A DNA stretch of 64,000 nucleotides, from the NCBI GenBank assembly GCA_963828195.1, contig CAWHDT010000005.1, positions 448,001-512,000 of the forward strand, read 5' to 3'. This DNA comes from Candidatus Bathyarchaeota archaeon (GTDB lineage: Archaea; Thermoproteota; Bathyarchaeia; Bathyarchaeales; Bathycorpusculaceae). Made by a program: the position numbers and the translations under genes. Under the pieces are notes generated by a model. It did no database searches. It was not told where the DNA came from and saw only the letters and a list, made by a program, of their open reading frames with translations. Of the stretch, positions 40,400 to 50,823 are shown piece after piece; the first letter of the stretch is position 1; each line of letters begins with the position of its first letter.

Positions 40400-41333
40400 A
40401 TGGGGACTTTGAGGTTTAACGGGGTTTTAGAAGAAATTAAAGAGCGATACCCAAACATCGATTTAATGCAGTTTCTACAACAGAAACTTCAGATTCCCGA
40501 CTACAAGGCAGAAAAATTGGCTGCCCGTATAGAAAAACAATTCTTCCAAAAAGAAACAAACAAAACTGAGCGAAAATATGTAAGAACAGTGTCGCAAAAA
40601 AACAGTAAATCCATGATTCCTTCAGAAACACGCGCTTATTCAGTTGATTGTCTTTCGGGGAAGGAATTTGAGTTTTTTATTGAGTGGCTGTTTGAAGAAC
40701 TAGGGTACGAGGTCCATTCGGAAAAGCATTCAACTTGTTTCGGGGTTGACTTTGTGGCTGCAAAGGATGGCGAGATTGTTGCCATTCATGCCCGAAGGTA
40801 TCCTAAAACTTACATGGTATCCGATTCTATTCTTTTAATGTCGCAGAACGCAAAGTGTACCTTTGGGTGTCAGAGGTCGATTGTATTAATCACCGCATAT
40901 TTTACGCCCCAAGCAATAGATGACGCTAAAAGGTTAAATGTCGAACTTTGGGACAAAGATAGCCTTACATGCAAAATTGATGAGGTAAGGAAAAAAGCTA
41001 CAGTGAAAGGGCAGTCTCGTTTTCCCCAGTTTACGGGGTCGCTTGCTCAAACTCTTTTAAAGTTTGAAGAAGCAGGAGATTTCATTATAGAACCCAAGGC
41101 AGCGGGAAAATTCGATTTGCATTTGACGGGAGTAAAATTTCCCTCTTTTAACCTTTCAAGTCCATGCTAATGAAGTCACTCGATGCGTCTACAGAATTAA
41201 AAACAACGGACCAGTTGGAGAACATGACGGCACAGTTTTGATTAACAGCGAGCGCGACAACAAAAGAATCGGCCCAAATGACACCAATGCATACGCATCA
41301 ATAATTCAGTATCTTGAGACATTTTTCACCTAA
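40400..41333 (+). CDS. Mrr-like restriction endonuclease domain protein, frameshifted near 41142
   Basis: LSGKEFEFFIEWLFEELGYEV...GVDFVA...FTPQAIDDAKRLNVELWD; removing one C extends the ORF to TAA at 41333. Confidence 0.75.
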
Positions 41334-41460
41334 CCACCGATCACTGTAGCGGAGCTCAAATCTCTTCGTGCGCTTCCGTTTGCTCAATTTTGCCCATTGA
41401 AATTGTAAAATGCGGTGAAGGCTCTGCAAGGTTTTTATTTGCTCCTTGCAATGTAAAGTT

Positions 41461-42349
41461 GATGTCAGCTAAACAGTTTTTCATAGACCGCTACGCGGAG
41501 CTCGGTTGGGCATTTCGGGAAGTTAACCTGAAGCAGTCAATCCGAATAAACCAAACCAACGTTAAAGGAAAAAATCTTCCCGACAGGCTCCGCGGCTTAG
41601 GCGTCGAACTTGAGAAAATCCCTTTTCTGGCGGCGGGGTGGTGGGTTGGAGAATCCAAAGTTTCCGTCGGCGCCACAGCCGAGTACCTACTGGGCATGTA
41701 CTCTGTTCAGGAGGCAGCAGCGCAGATTCCCGCCGCGCTCTTCACTGCTTTAAGAGGCAAAACGGTGCTTGACGCTTCAGCGGCGCCGGGCGGAAAAACC
41801 GTTCAGCTGGCGGACTTGATGGAGAACAGCGGAGCCATAATTGCTTTGGATGAAAACAAGCAGCGGTTGGTGGCAATGGCGAACCATTTGGAGCGCTGCC
41901 ACGTCAGCAACACAATCGTTTACAATCTGGATGCCAGGCAAGCTGCAACACTGAACCGCGTCTTTGACCGCATACTTTTGGATGTTCCCTGCTCGGGCAA
42001 CTTTGCCTCTGACAGCCAATGGCTTTACCGCAGAACCCTCGCGGACGTGGAGCGGAACGCGAAGGTGCAGCGGGAAATTCTCTCTGAAGCTACAAAATGT
42101 TTAGCGGCTGATGGCGAAATGGTTTATTCTACTTGTTCACTGGAGCCTGAGGAAGACGAGTTGAACATGGATTGGGCTGTCAAAAACTTGGGGCTACAAA
42201 TTCAACCCATTGACTGCATCGGGGTAGAAGGGTTAACTGAGGTTTTCGGCAGAAAACTTGACGCTCAAATTGCAAACTGCAGAAGAATCTGGCCACAAAA
42301 AACACAGGGCTTCTTCGCGTGCAAACTGAAAAAGGCGGCGGCGAAATGA
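41461..42349 (+). CDS. RsmB/NOL1/NOP2 RNA m5C methyltransferase
   Basis: AAPGGKT, ILLDVPCSG, YSTCS, GFF. Confidence 0.9.
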
Positions 42350-42822
42350 GACCTTACGAAGTTTTTGCTTCCCGTTTCGGCGGCAGAGTCCAGTTTAACC
42401 CAGAGTTTATTCTTGAAAAAAATCAACGCTTCTACCTTTTGAATCCGCGCCTGAAAAAGGTTGGGCAAGAAGACTTTTTTTACGCTGGCTTGTACCTTGG
42501 CAAAGTGGGCAAAAACGGGGGTTTCTTTCCGAGCTTCAACCTGCTGAACTTGCTTGTTGATGTTGCGGCGAACAAAATTGTCGTCGATCGGAAGGCAGCT
42601 TGGCTTTTCATCTGCGGAAGAGATGTTTTTAGGGAGGGGATTGTGAAGGTGATGGGTTCTAAGCGGAGAGGCGAGGCGGTTTTGGTTCTGAATGAGTTTG
42701 GTGAGTGTCTTGGATTTGGCTCTTTAATGGATGGCTTAAATGAAGGTGGTGGTAAGGTTGCTGTCAGGAATGTGCTGGATGTCGGCGATTTTCTGCGGAG
42801 AGAACGAAGAGGAAACTTCTAA
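42346..42822 (+). CDS. NIP7/PUA-like RNA-binding protein
   Basis: AGLYLG, AAWLFICGRDVF, DVGDFLRRE; coupled to the m5C methyltransferase. Confidence 0.75.
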   Translation: MRPYEVFASRFGGRVQFNPEFILEKNQRFYLLNPRLKKVGQEDFFYAGLYLGKVGKNGGFFPSFNLLNLLVDVAANKIVVDRKAAWLFICGRDVFREGIVKVMGSKRRGEAVLVLNEFGECLGFGSLMDGLNEGGGKVAVRNVLDVGDFLRRERRGNF

Positions 42823-42979
42823 CTCTATAAGCTGGTTCGGCTGAACGCAAAAAAAATTGGGTGACAGCTTGATTGCCCCAGAAATTTTTGTTTTGTGTAG
42901 TGAACGTTTATTCAAACAATTTAGGGATAAACTTATATATGTTTATGTTTTAAGTGGATTCTCAAACATATGATTTAAT

Positions 42980-44452
42980 ATGGTGAAAGTCATGGATGAA
43001 CAAGTAAAGAAAGCAATTGAAACCCTCAAATCAAACAATATTCGATGGGTGCACTCTGCATTCGTCGATGTAAGAGGAATACTTCAAGACATGGTTCTGC
43101 CCGCCCGAGAATACATAAGCGGCTCAGCATTCACCGACGGCATCGGCTTCGACGGATCTTCAGTACGCGGCTTCAAATCAATCGAAGAATCCGACATGAT
43201 CTTTATGCCTGACGCCAAAACCTTATCGATAATGCCCTGGGTAACTGATGAGGCGCAGAAAAGCGCAATCGTACTCGGCGACGCATTGGAAGCTTCAGGG
43301 GGAAAAGAACCCTCCGTTGCTTGCCCAAGAGGCTACGTTGCAAAAAGAGCAATTAAAGCGGCCAAGGACATGGGGTACACTGGAATTTTCGCTCCTGAAC
43401 TTGAACATTTCGTGTTTACGTCAATTGACCCCACCAAAATGACCTGGGACCTTTGGGCAGCTCCAAAAAGCGGAGAAGGAGATGCTTGGGGTGCGCCAAG
43501 GGTTGTGCCAAACTCGCCAGAAGTAACTCCCGGCGGCTTCATACTCAGACCTAAAGAAGCTTACTATCGAACTCCGCCCGAAGACACAACGGTTGAGTAC
43601 CGGAACGAGGTTTCACAGGTTTTGGAAGATAACTTTGGCTTAACAATCGAGAAGCATCACCACGAAGTAGCAACTGTCGGCCAAGTAGAAATCGACTACA
43701 AATACGGTGAACTGCTGGAAACCGCTGACCGAGCACTCTTCTTCAAGTTCGTCGCCAAAAACATCGCTAAGAAACGCGGCTTAATCGCCACTTTCATGCC
43801 GAAACCCATCTACCTTGACAACGCCAGCGGCATGCACGTTCACTCAAGCATATGGAAAGACGGGAAAAACGCAATGTATGACGCAGAAGATGACTACTGT
43901 GAACTCAGCCAAACTGGCAGATACTACGTCGGAGGCATACTTGCCCACGCTAAAGCTTTAACTGCAGTGTGTTGCCCAACTGTGAGCAGCTACAAACGCT
44001 TAGTGCCAGGCTTTGAAGCGCCAATTTACGTTATGTGGTCCAGAGCCAACCGATCTGCACTTGCCCGCATCCCTATGTACTATAAGGGTCCTTCTCATCA
44101 GGCGCAAAAAAGAGTTGAGTACCGAGGCGTTGACCCATCATGCAACCCATATCTGGCATTCGCATGCATTATGATGGCTGGTTTCGACGGAATCAAAAAG
44201 AAACTTGATCCAGGCGACCCAGTTGACGAAGACGTTTACAAACTAAGCAAAGCAAAACGCAAAGAACTAGGCATAAAAGAGCTCCCCACCACGCTCAAAG
44301 GCGCGCTAGATGAAATGGAAAACGACGACGTCATAAAAGAAACCTTAGGCACCCACGTGTTCGACGCATTCATTGAACTTAAAACAAACGACTGGAACCA
44401 ATACTGCCTCTACGTTTCGCCTTGGGAAATAATGAAGTACCTCGACTACTAA
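42980..44452 (+). CDS. glnA: Glutamine synthetase type I
   Basis: FDGSSV, HHHEV, FMPKP, NASGMHVH, KRLVPGFEAP, NRSA. Confidence 0.95.
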   Translation: MVKVMDEQVKKAIETLKSNNIRWVHSAFVDVRGILQDMVLPAREYISGSAFTDGIGFDGSSVRGFKSIEESDMIFMPDAKTLSIMPWVTDEAQKSAIVLGDALEASGGKEPSVACPRGYVAKRAIKAAKDMGYTGIFAPELEHFVFTSIDPTKMTWDLWAAPKSGEGDAWGAPRVVPNSPEVTPGGFILRPKEAYYRTPPEDTTVEYRNEVSQVLEDNFGLTIEKHHHEVATVGQVEIDYKYGELLETADRALFFKFVAKNIAKKRGLIATFMPKPIYLDNASGMHVHSSIWKDGKNAMYDAEDDYCELSQTGRYYVGGILAHAKALTAVCCPTVSSYKRLVPGFEAPIYVMWSRANRSALARIPMYYKGPSHQAQKRVEYRGVDPSCNPYLAFACIMMAGFDGIKKKLDPGDPVDEDVYKLSKAKRKELGIKELPTTLKGALDEMENDDVIKETLGTHVFDAFIELKTNDWNQYCLYVSPWEIMKYLDY

Positions 44453-44642
44453 GTCAAGGTTTTCCATTCTTTTCTTTTTTAATTGCATCTATGAGATAAA
44501 ATAAAAGTTAGTATTTTTCGAAATGAAGTTGATTTTTCTCTAAAAAAAGTTTTACACTAAATGTTTAGTGCTGAGTGATACTTCGTATTTGACTCCGCAA
44601 AAGCTGTGAAGTTTTTTGGAAAAAGCAAAATAAGAAAAAATT

Positions 44643-44960
44643 TTAGGTTGCGGGCGTCTCTTTGAAGACTTCTTCTACGTCATGTTCCGGTTCTGTTTTC
44701 TCTTCAGGCATTTCAGGTTGTTTTTCTTCTTCTTTTTCTGCGTCTATGCTAAAAATATAGACGACAAACGAGACAACTGCGAGTACTAAGTACGGCAACA
44801 TTGCAACTATGATGGTGTAAGCAATGAAGGCTGCGGGGGCGGATGACGTATACTGCAGCTTATCTAACTCGTAGCTTATCACACCGGCTAAAGCTGTAAA
44901 AACAATGAATACTAAACCAAATATCAATGCAATTTTGTTAATTATTTTCCAGCTGTTCAT
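44643..44960 (-). CDS. Small membrane protein with acidic tail
   Basis: Two TM helices and an E/P-rich C-terminus. Confidence 0.6.
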   Translation of the reverse strand: MNSWKIINKIALIFGLVFIVFTALAGVISYELDKLQYTSSAPAAFIAYTIIVAMLPYLVLAVVSFVVYIFSIDAEKEEEKQPEMPEEKTEPEHDVEEVFKETPAT

Positions 44961-45252
44961 TTTTTTGCCTCAATATCTATTTGCCTTACGCTTGCTTACC
45001 TTTTAAAGCATTGCTTTTCGAAAAACAAAGCCAGATTCAGCATAATTTTAGGTTGCTATGAATTCAAGTTCAAACCAGCGGTTCAAGGCAGGGAGCGCAG
45101 CGAAGCAGGTTAAATTTTAGAATACCAGCCCATTGCCCGATTAAACAATCAGCCATTTCCAGCGGCACAATCGTTTAAACGTTAAATATATTTATGCTTA
45201 AACATCTATTAAATAAACAGTCAATCAAAAGCTGATTGACAGGTGAAATTAA

Positions 45253-46617
45253 ATGAGAAATTTCAAAGATGCTGTTTGGAAAGAGAGCGTAACAAAAGTA
45301 ATTCAGGAATTACGTGAACAAGAAATCAAGTTCATCAGACTTCAATTCACCGACATAAATGGCATGTTAAAGAATTTGGCTGTAAGCGCAAAAAATATTG
45401 AAGCAATATTTGAAAATGGCCAATCTTTTGATGGATCCTCCATAACAGGTTACAGGCCCATCGAGGAGTCAGACATGGTGCTGTACCCTGACCCCACTAC
45501 CTTCGCGGTTCTGCCTTGGAGACCGAAAGAAAAGTCTTCTGCTAGGCTGCTCTGCGACATTTACACTCCGCAAAACAAGCGTTTTGAAGGGGATCCAAGG
45601 TACGTTCTTGAACGAGCCATTGAAAAAGCGTCCAAAGCAGGCTTCACATTCATGTGCGCGCCTGAACTTGAGTTTTTCATAGTTGAAGAAAGCGAGACCG
45701 GCGGCTTGCCAACACCCATTGACATGGCTGGCTACTTTGACTTTCATCCTGGAGACTTAACAGACGACCTCAGACGGGAAATCGCTGACACGGCGGAGGC
45801 TTTCGGTATTGAAATCGAGATTTCGCATCATGAAGTTGCGTTGGGGCAAAATGAAATTGACTTCAAATACGATGAAGCCTTGAAGACGGCTGACAGAACC
45901 CTTACAATGAAAATGTGCGGGAAAGTGGTTGGTGCACGAAACGGCTACATAACCACGTATATGCCTAAACCGTTCTCAGGCATAAATGGTTCAGGAATGC
46001 ATACTCACCAAAGCCTCTGGAACAAAAACGTGTCGCAAAACCTCTTTTACGAAGACAACGAAAAGAACGGCTTCCTATCAGACCTAGCAAGAAACTTTAT
46101 AGGTGGACAATTAGCACACGGACGCAAAATGTGCGCAATACTTGATTCATGGCCAAACAGCTTCAAACGTTTAGTCCCAGGCTACGAAGCACCAGTTTAT
46201 CTTGCTTGGGCACACAAAAACCGTTCACCGCTTATCCGAGTGCCAAACTTCGGCGGAAGAAAAAACGCTGCCCGATGTGAAATCCGCTGCCCCGACGGAG
46301 CAGGAAACCCGTACCTGCAGTTTGCAGTGCTTTTAGCCGCGGGTTTGGATGGCATCAAGAACAGGATTGACCCAGGCGACCCAGTGGAGCTAAATGTTTA
46401 TCAGATGACCTATGAAGAACGAAAAGAACGAAACATCGTTTCACTACCAGAATCCCTGCAAGAGGCGCTCGATGAGCTTGAGACCAGTGATTTGATGCGT
46501 GAAACACTTGGCGAAACCGCATTTGACAATTTCCTGCGAGAAAAACGCAGAGAATGGGACCTCTACCGCACACAAGTCACAGAGTGGGAAGTCAACCGCT
46601 ACATAAAACGGCTTTAA
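45253..46617 (+). CDS. glnA: Glutamine synthetase type I, second paralog
   Basis: FDGSSI, HHEV, YMPKP, NGSGMHTH, KRLVPGYEAP. Confidence 0.92.
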   Translation: MRNFKDAVWKESVTKVIQELREQEIKFIRLQFTDINGMLKNLAVSAKNIEAIFENGQSFDGSSITGYRPIEESDMVLYPDPTTFAVLPWRPKEKSSARLLCDIYTPQNKRFEGDPRYVLERAIEKASKAGFTFMCAPELEFFIVEESETGGLPTPIDMAGYFDFHPGDLTDDLRREIADTAEAFGIEIEISHHEVALGQNEIDFKYDEALKTADRTLTMKMCGKVVGARNGYITTYMPKPFSGINGSGMHTHQSLWNKNVSQNLFYEDNEKNGFLSDLARNFIGGQLAHGRKMCAILDSWPNSFKRLVPGYEAPVYLAWAHKNRSPLIRVPNFGGRKNAARCEIRCPDGAGNPYLQFAVLLAAGLDGIKNRIDPGDPVELNVYQMTYEERKERNIVSLPESLQEALDELETSDLMRETLGETAFDNFLREKRREWDLYRTQVTEWEVNRYIKRL

Positions 46618-46754
46618 GCCCTAGCGGCTGTTTGCCTTTTTTTATCTTTGATTTTTTTGTGCCTTAAAAGCATCTATGCTTTTTATGAACAAAGAAGTTT
46701 CTGTATTTCTAATTCATAAGAGCTATTATCGGGGTTGCAGATGCATGCATGTGA

Positions 46755-47057
46755 TTGATTATGCGACGGTCCAAGCTTGAACTTTATGTTGCCGTTCTGA
46801 ACGTTGTTGCCATCCGTGGACCTCTTAATATTACTGGGTTGCTGCTTAGAGCAAGGCTGAACCATGTGCAGCTAAAACCCATCTTAAACAATTTAATAAA
46901 TAAAGGGGTTATTCAAGAGCAACATCTGGAAAATGACTCTATTGTTTATGTATTAACCTCTTTGGGGCAGCGGCTGTCAAAGCAGTTTAAACAGGTAGAA
47001 GAATCCAAATGGTCTCTTGATGATCTGCCAGAACAAACCATCGCTGCCCTTATTTGA
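46755..47057 (+). CDS. Winged-HTH domain protein
   Basis: RRSKLELY..L...YVLTSLG pattern of archaeal wHTH proteins. Confidence 0.75.
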   Translation: MIMRRSKLELYVAVLNVVAIRGPLNITGLLLRARLNHVQLKPILNNLINKGVIQEQHLENDSIVYVLTSLGQRLSKQFKQVEESKWSLDDLPEQTIAALI

Positions 47058-47166
47058 CCTCCTAAAAGTCGGGTTAACGTGGATTTGACGCTGATTGTGA
47101 ATTCAGATTTTGGCGCAATAAATTAATTAAATTACTTTGTTCGTATCGTTTTTGAAGGAAAATTGC

Positions 47167-47382
47167 ATGAAGGAAAATTTAGATTCGAAAAGCAGGAAAG
47201 AACTTGCAAATAAAATCGTAGCTCTTCTTGGCAAAGAAATGCAGCCCTTACCCAAAGAAGTTCAGATCATACTGGCAGACGATTTAGTTACCGTTTTTGA
47301 AAGCAGACTTAAAGTTCTAAACCGTGCACAGTCTCCAGTTGACTTCTATGTTGAACTGCCTCAGAAAGTAAGCATCAACTAA
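47167..47382 (+). CDS. Small hypothetical protein
   Basis: ORF with ILADDLVTVFESRL. Confidence 0.5.
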   Translation: MKENLDSKSRKELANKIVALLGKEMQPLPKEVQIILADDLVTVFESRLKVLNRAQSPVDFYVELPQKVSIN

Positions 47383-47433
47383 CAAGCCTAAAGTCCCCCA
47401 AGCATCAACCCATAATACAAAATGGCTAAACTG

Positions 47434-47904
47434 TCATGTCACGTGTAACCAACCGCGTCCGCCCTTCTTGGGCTGCTTAACAGACCGCTTCACAGGAACA
47501 TCCTGCAGGGTGCGCGTGTTCTTTTGAGACCTGGGACCGATGATTTCGGTTTTCACGAACTTACTCCAGCCGCCCACCTGGACATTGGGTTGAATGACGC
47601 GGTCAAGATTTTCAACCACATTTTGCTCAACAATCTCCTTAAAACTTAGTGCTTTGAAATCTTTTGTTGCGTGAATAACAGTGCCTCGTTCTACCTTCAA
47701 AGTTGCGTAGTCGCATACTGAAACGCCTTCGGCCAAAACCTTATCGTTAAACCGCTCGCTCCACAAAAGCTTCCATTGAGTCTTAAGCTTCTCAACCAGT
47801 TCCTTCTGAGCGTTAATTCTATCTTCAAAAGAATCTTTAGCCATAACCTCTGGCGAATCATTAGGAACCTGCAATTTGCTCTCCCTACAGCACTGTATGC
47901 GCAC
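47434..47904 (-). CDS. Hypothetical protein
   Basis: QWKLLWSERFND..., C-terminal KKGGRGWLH; start probably near 47844. Confidence 0.55.
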   Translation of the reverse strand: MRIQCCRESKLQVPNDSPEVMAKDSFEDRINAQKELVEKLKTQWKLLWSERFNDKVLAEGVSVCDYATLKVERGTVIHATKDFKALSFKEIVEQNVVENLDRVIQPNVQVGGWSKFVKTEIIGPRSQKNTRTLQDVPVKRSVKQPKKGGRGWLHVT

Positions 47905-48009
47905 ACTTGAACCTCGAACTATTTAACAGTTATTCCCCATGAAAACAAATCAAACTTGCACTTAAAAATTCAAAACTCGACCTTACAAAAATAAAAAAAG
48001 TGGTTTAAA

Positions 48010-48294
48010 TTAAAGAGGAGTGATTTTCACTATGTTTCTTTTTTCAAGTCTTCGCAGCGCATCTAGACACTCATCTTTTTTCTCGCCGGTAATGTTTAGG
48101 TTGAGCATTATGTCCCTAACTGAAACTTCTGCTTTACCGAAATTTTCGTGTCGCTTGTACAGATGTTGAACAATGGATTTTTCAAGTTTCCCGCATCGCC
48201 AAGTAGTGTTGCGAATTAAAACGACGATGGTTCGGACAAGTATCTGCTCCTTTGATTTTCTTCCTCGCGGATCGCCCATCTCTCCCCACCGCAA
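48010..48294 (-). CDS. Small hypothetical wHTH-like protein
   Basis: Basic ORF ending ALRRLEKRNIVKI. Confidence 0.55.
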   Translation of the reverse strand: MRWGEMGDPRGRKSKEQILVRTIVVLIRNTTWRCGKLEKSIVQHLYKRHENFGKAEVSVRDIMLNLNITGEKKDECLDALRRLEKRNIVKITPL

Positions 48295-48359
48295 TAATTA
48301 AGCTACATCATGGTTTTTAAACATTGTTACCTCTTGGGCTTAAAGTTGTAGACACGAAT

Positions 48360-48809
48360 TTACAGGGTTTTTTTAAGGTAAAAACCGTGCTTTTTGCCGT
48401 AGTATTTTTCTAGTTTACTTATTTTCTGGTACCCAGTGTTTTGATAGAGCTTCAACGCGGATGCATTGTCTTCGCGAACTTCCAAGTGGCATTCGCCAAT
48501 GCTTTTTTGTTTAAGAATTGTTTCTGTTTCTTTCAGCAACTTGCTAGCGATACCTTTTCGCCTATAGTTCGGCGCCACATTTATTGTTATTATATGCCCG
48601 TAAACTGTATTGTTTTCTATTTCTACCTGCGCTATTATAAATCCTGCTATGTCATTGTTTGTTTTGGCTGCCAACGCAATTGTGTTGTAATCCGTGAGCA
48701 AGTAGGCTATTTGCCGTTTCGTGAAGGCTTCCTCGTCAAAGCAAAGCGCTTCAATTTCACATAGCTTATCAAGTAGCTTAAGGGAAGCGGTTTCAATTTT
48801 TATTTCCAT
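48360..48809 (-). CDS. rimI: RimI/Ard1-like N-acetyltransferase
   Basis: HIITINVAPNYRRKGIA, LEVREDN, YY. Confidence 0.88.
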   Translation of the reverse strand: MEIKIETASLKLLDKLCEIEALCFDEEAFTKRQIAYLLTDYNTIALAAKTNNDIAGFIIAQVEIENNTVYGHIITINVAPNYRRKGIASKLLKETETILKQKSIGECHLEVREDNASALKLYQNTGYQKISKLEKYYGKKHGFYLKKTL

Positions 48810-48829
48810 TTTTTATTATCTTAGAATAA

Positions 48830-49978
48830 TTACGGCAGAGGGTCAATTTTAATTTTTTCTGTGTTAATTGCTGAAGACACTGTTGGCTTCAGTTCGAGCC
48901 ACTGCTGTGCTCCAAGGCCTATGCCGAAGAATAACCATAATGTTATGATTCTTGTAAGTATAGTAGCAGTGGCAGCCAATGCTCCTGGGACACCCATTGA
49001 AATATACAAGGTAGTCATCACGGCCTCTGGAAGCCCAACTTCAAACGGTATGCCTACAGGTATTGATTTGACAGCTAAGAAAATGGCTGAAGTTACAATA
49101 ATTATGCTCCACGAAATCGTGTGACCAAGCGACATAAAGACGAGGTACGGTATGCTGAGACTAAAAACCCAAGATGCAAGCAAATAGAACAGGGAGTAAC
49201 TGATGGTTCGGGGGTTATGCCGGAACTCTTTCATCGCATCGTGAAAATGCGCTGTAATTTCAACCGCTTCTTCTTTTAATTTTTCCAGTTTCATTTTTCC
49301 AAAACTGATTTTTTGCGCAAACCTTGTTACCCAATTGATGACTTTTAACGTCCATTGCTGCTTGTAAGACAAAACAAACATTAAAACAAGTATAGCAATA
49401 ATCGCTGCTGCAACCAGTAAAATGAGGTTAAAGACCAGTGGGTCAACGTTCCCCCCAAAGGTAAGCAACACCAGTCCAATGATTAATGCGAAAGCGTTTA
49501 TTGCGGTTCCAATAAACCTATGAGTATAGAGTGAAGCCACCACTTTTCCAAATGACCCGCATCCATCTCTAGTAAGCAGATATGTTCGAGTTACTTCCCC
49601 GCTGATGGATTGTGCTGGAACAATAGTGTCAACGTACATTCCATACCACACGTAGAGGTACGCTCGAACCACGGTCATTTTGATGGCTAAGCGATTAGTT
49701 AACACGCGCCAAGAAACCGTAAAGAATAGCACTTGGAGTAAACCAAAGATTATAGCTATAGAATAAAGAAGCGGATTAGCGGTTTCCGCCGTGGCAAATA
49801 TACCTAAAATGTTTACATTAAACAAATAAATATACATAAAAAAACCGACTAAACCTAACAGTGGAAAAAGCACTGTCCTCCACGATAATTTCAATTTAGG
49901 CGGCTGCATTTCGGTTCTTTGCACCCAAGGCAAACGGTGAAATGTCATTTTGCCATTATATACTTTGCCTAAATCCAC
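48830..49978 (-). CDS. UPF0104/lysylphosphatidylglycerol-synthase TM domain (flippase-like) protein
   Basis: Multi-TM; SGE, GLPEA, ATILTR; start probably near 49908. Confidence 0.8.
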   Translation of the reverse strand: MDLGKVYNGKMTFHRLPWVQRTEMQPPKLKLSWRTVLFPLLGLVGFFMYIYLFNVNILGIFATAETANPLLYSIAIIFGLLQVLFFTVSWRVLTNRLAIKMTVVRAYLYVWYGMYVDTIVPAQSISGEVTRTYLLTRDGCGSFGKVVASLYTHRFIGTAINAFALIIGLVLLTFGGNVDPLVFNLILLVAAAIIAILVLMFVLSYKQQWTLKVINWVTRFAQKISFGKMKLEKLKEEAVEITAHFHDAMKEFRHNPRTISYSLFYLLASWVFSLSIPYLVFMSLGHTISWSIIIVTSAIFLAVKSIPVGIPFEVGLPEAVMTTLYISMGVPGALAATATILTRIITLWLFFGIGLGAQQWLELKPTVSSAINTEKIKIDPLP

Positions 49979-50133
49979 GCTGAGGTTTCAAAAAAACACT
50001 CCCCGCTAAATTAGTCACATTAACAAAACACTGTCGAACTGTCAATGCGCAAACAAAAGTCTGCGCTCAATAAACATTAAGTAAGAATTATAAAAAGAAC
50101 AAAAAAGGATTAGATTTTTTTTAGACTTTAAGC

Positions 50134-50730
50134 TTAGTATCTTGGTCTGTAGCCGCCGCCGCTTCCGCCAGAACCTCTTCGGTCTCTGTCTCTGCCGCCG
50201 CCGTAACCGCCGCCACTGCCGCCGCTTCCGCCTCGTCTATCTCTTCCGCCGTAGCCGCCTCCACCGCCTCCGTATCCTCTGCCTCCGCCTCTTCCGCCGC
50301 CGCCTCTGTATGGTCGTCTTTCTTGTTCGTATGCTTTGCTGGATACGTTGTTTTCTGTGTTTACTTCTACGGTGAGTGGTTCTTTTGCGGGTTCGAGTTT
50401 GCCGTATTTGCCGATGTTTAAGCGTATGTTGCCTTTGAATAGTGTGACGTAGCCGTTTTCCACGCGGATTGTGTCGTTTTCGTTTACTTTTTCGATGTTG
50501 TCATCCCAAAGTGTAACGTATACTACGCCTGTTTCGTCGCCGACGAGTGCGTCGCTTACTTTGTGGGGTGAGCCATCTCTGCCCATGGGGATTTCGCGGA
50601 TTTCTGTTTTAGATACTACTTTGGCCGTAACGTTAACCGCTTTTGATTGTGGGGTTAAGTCTCCGACTTTTGCTTCTACTGGTGTCTTTTTGTTTTCGAA
50701 AAAACCTTCAACAGCCAATCTGTTCAACAT
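50134..50730 (-). CDS. ssb: Single-stranded DNA-binding OB-fold protein with Gly/Arg-rich tail
   Basis: VGDETG...TLW, ENGYV..FKG..RLNIGKYG, RGG tail. Confidence 0.88.
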   Translation of the reverse strand: MLNRLAVEGFFENKKTPVEAKVGDLTPQSKAVNVTAKVVSKTEIREIPMGRDGSPHKVSDALVGDETGVVYVTLWDDNIEKVNENDTIRVENGYVTLFKGNIRLNIGKYGKLEPAKEPLTVEVNTENNVSSKAYEQERRPYRGGGGRGGGRGYGGGGGGYGGRDRRGGSGGSGGGYGGGRDRDRRGSGGSGGGYRPRY

Positions 50731-50823
50731 CCTAGATTTGTGGTTCTAAGGAAAGGTACATGTTCTCTGCACTTAAGTTTTTCGCTTTGCGGATTTTTTG
50801 AGTTGCGTTTTTTTGGGGATTTT

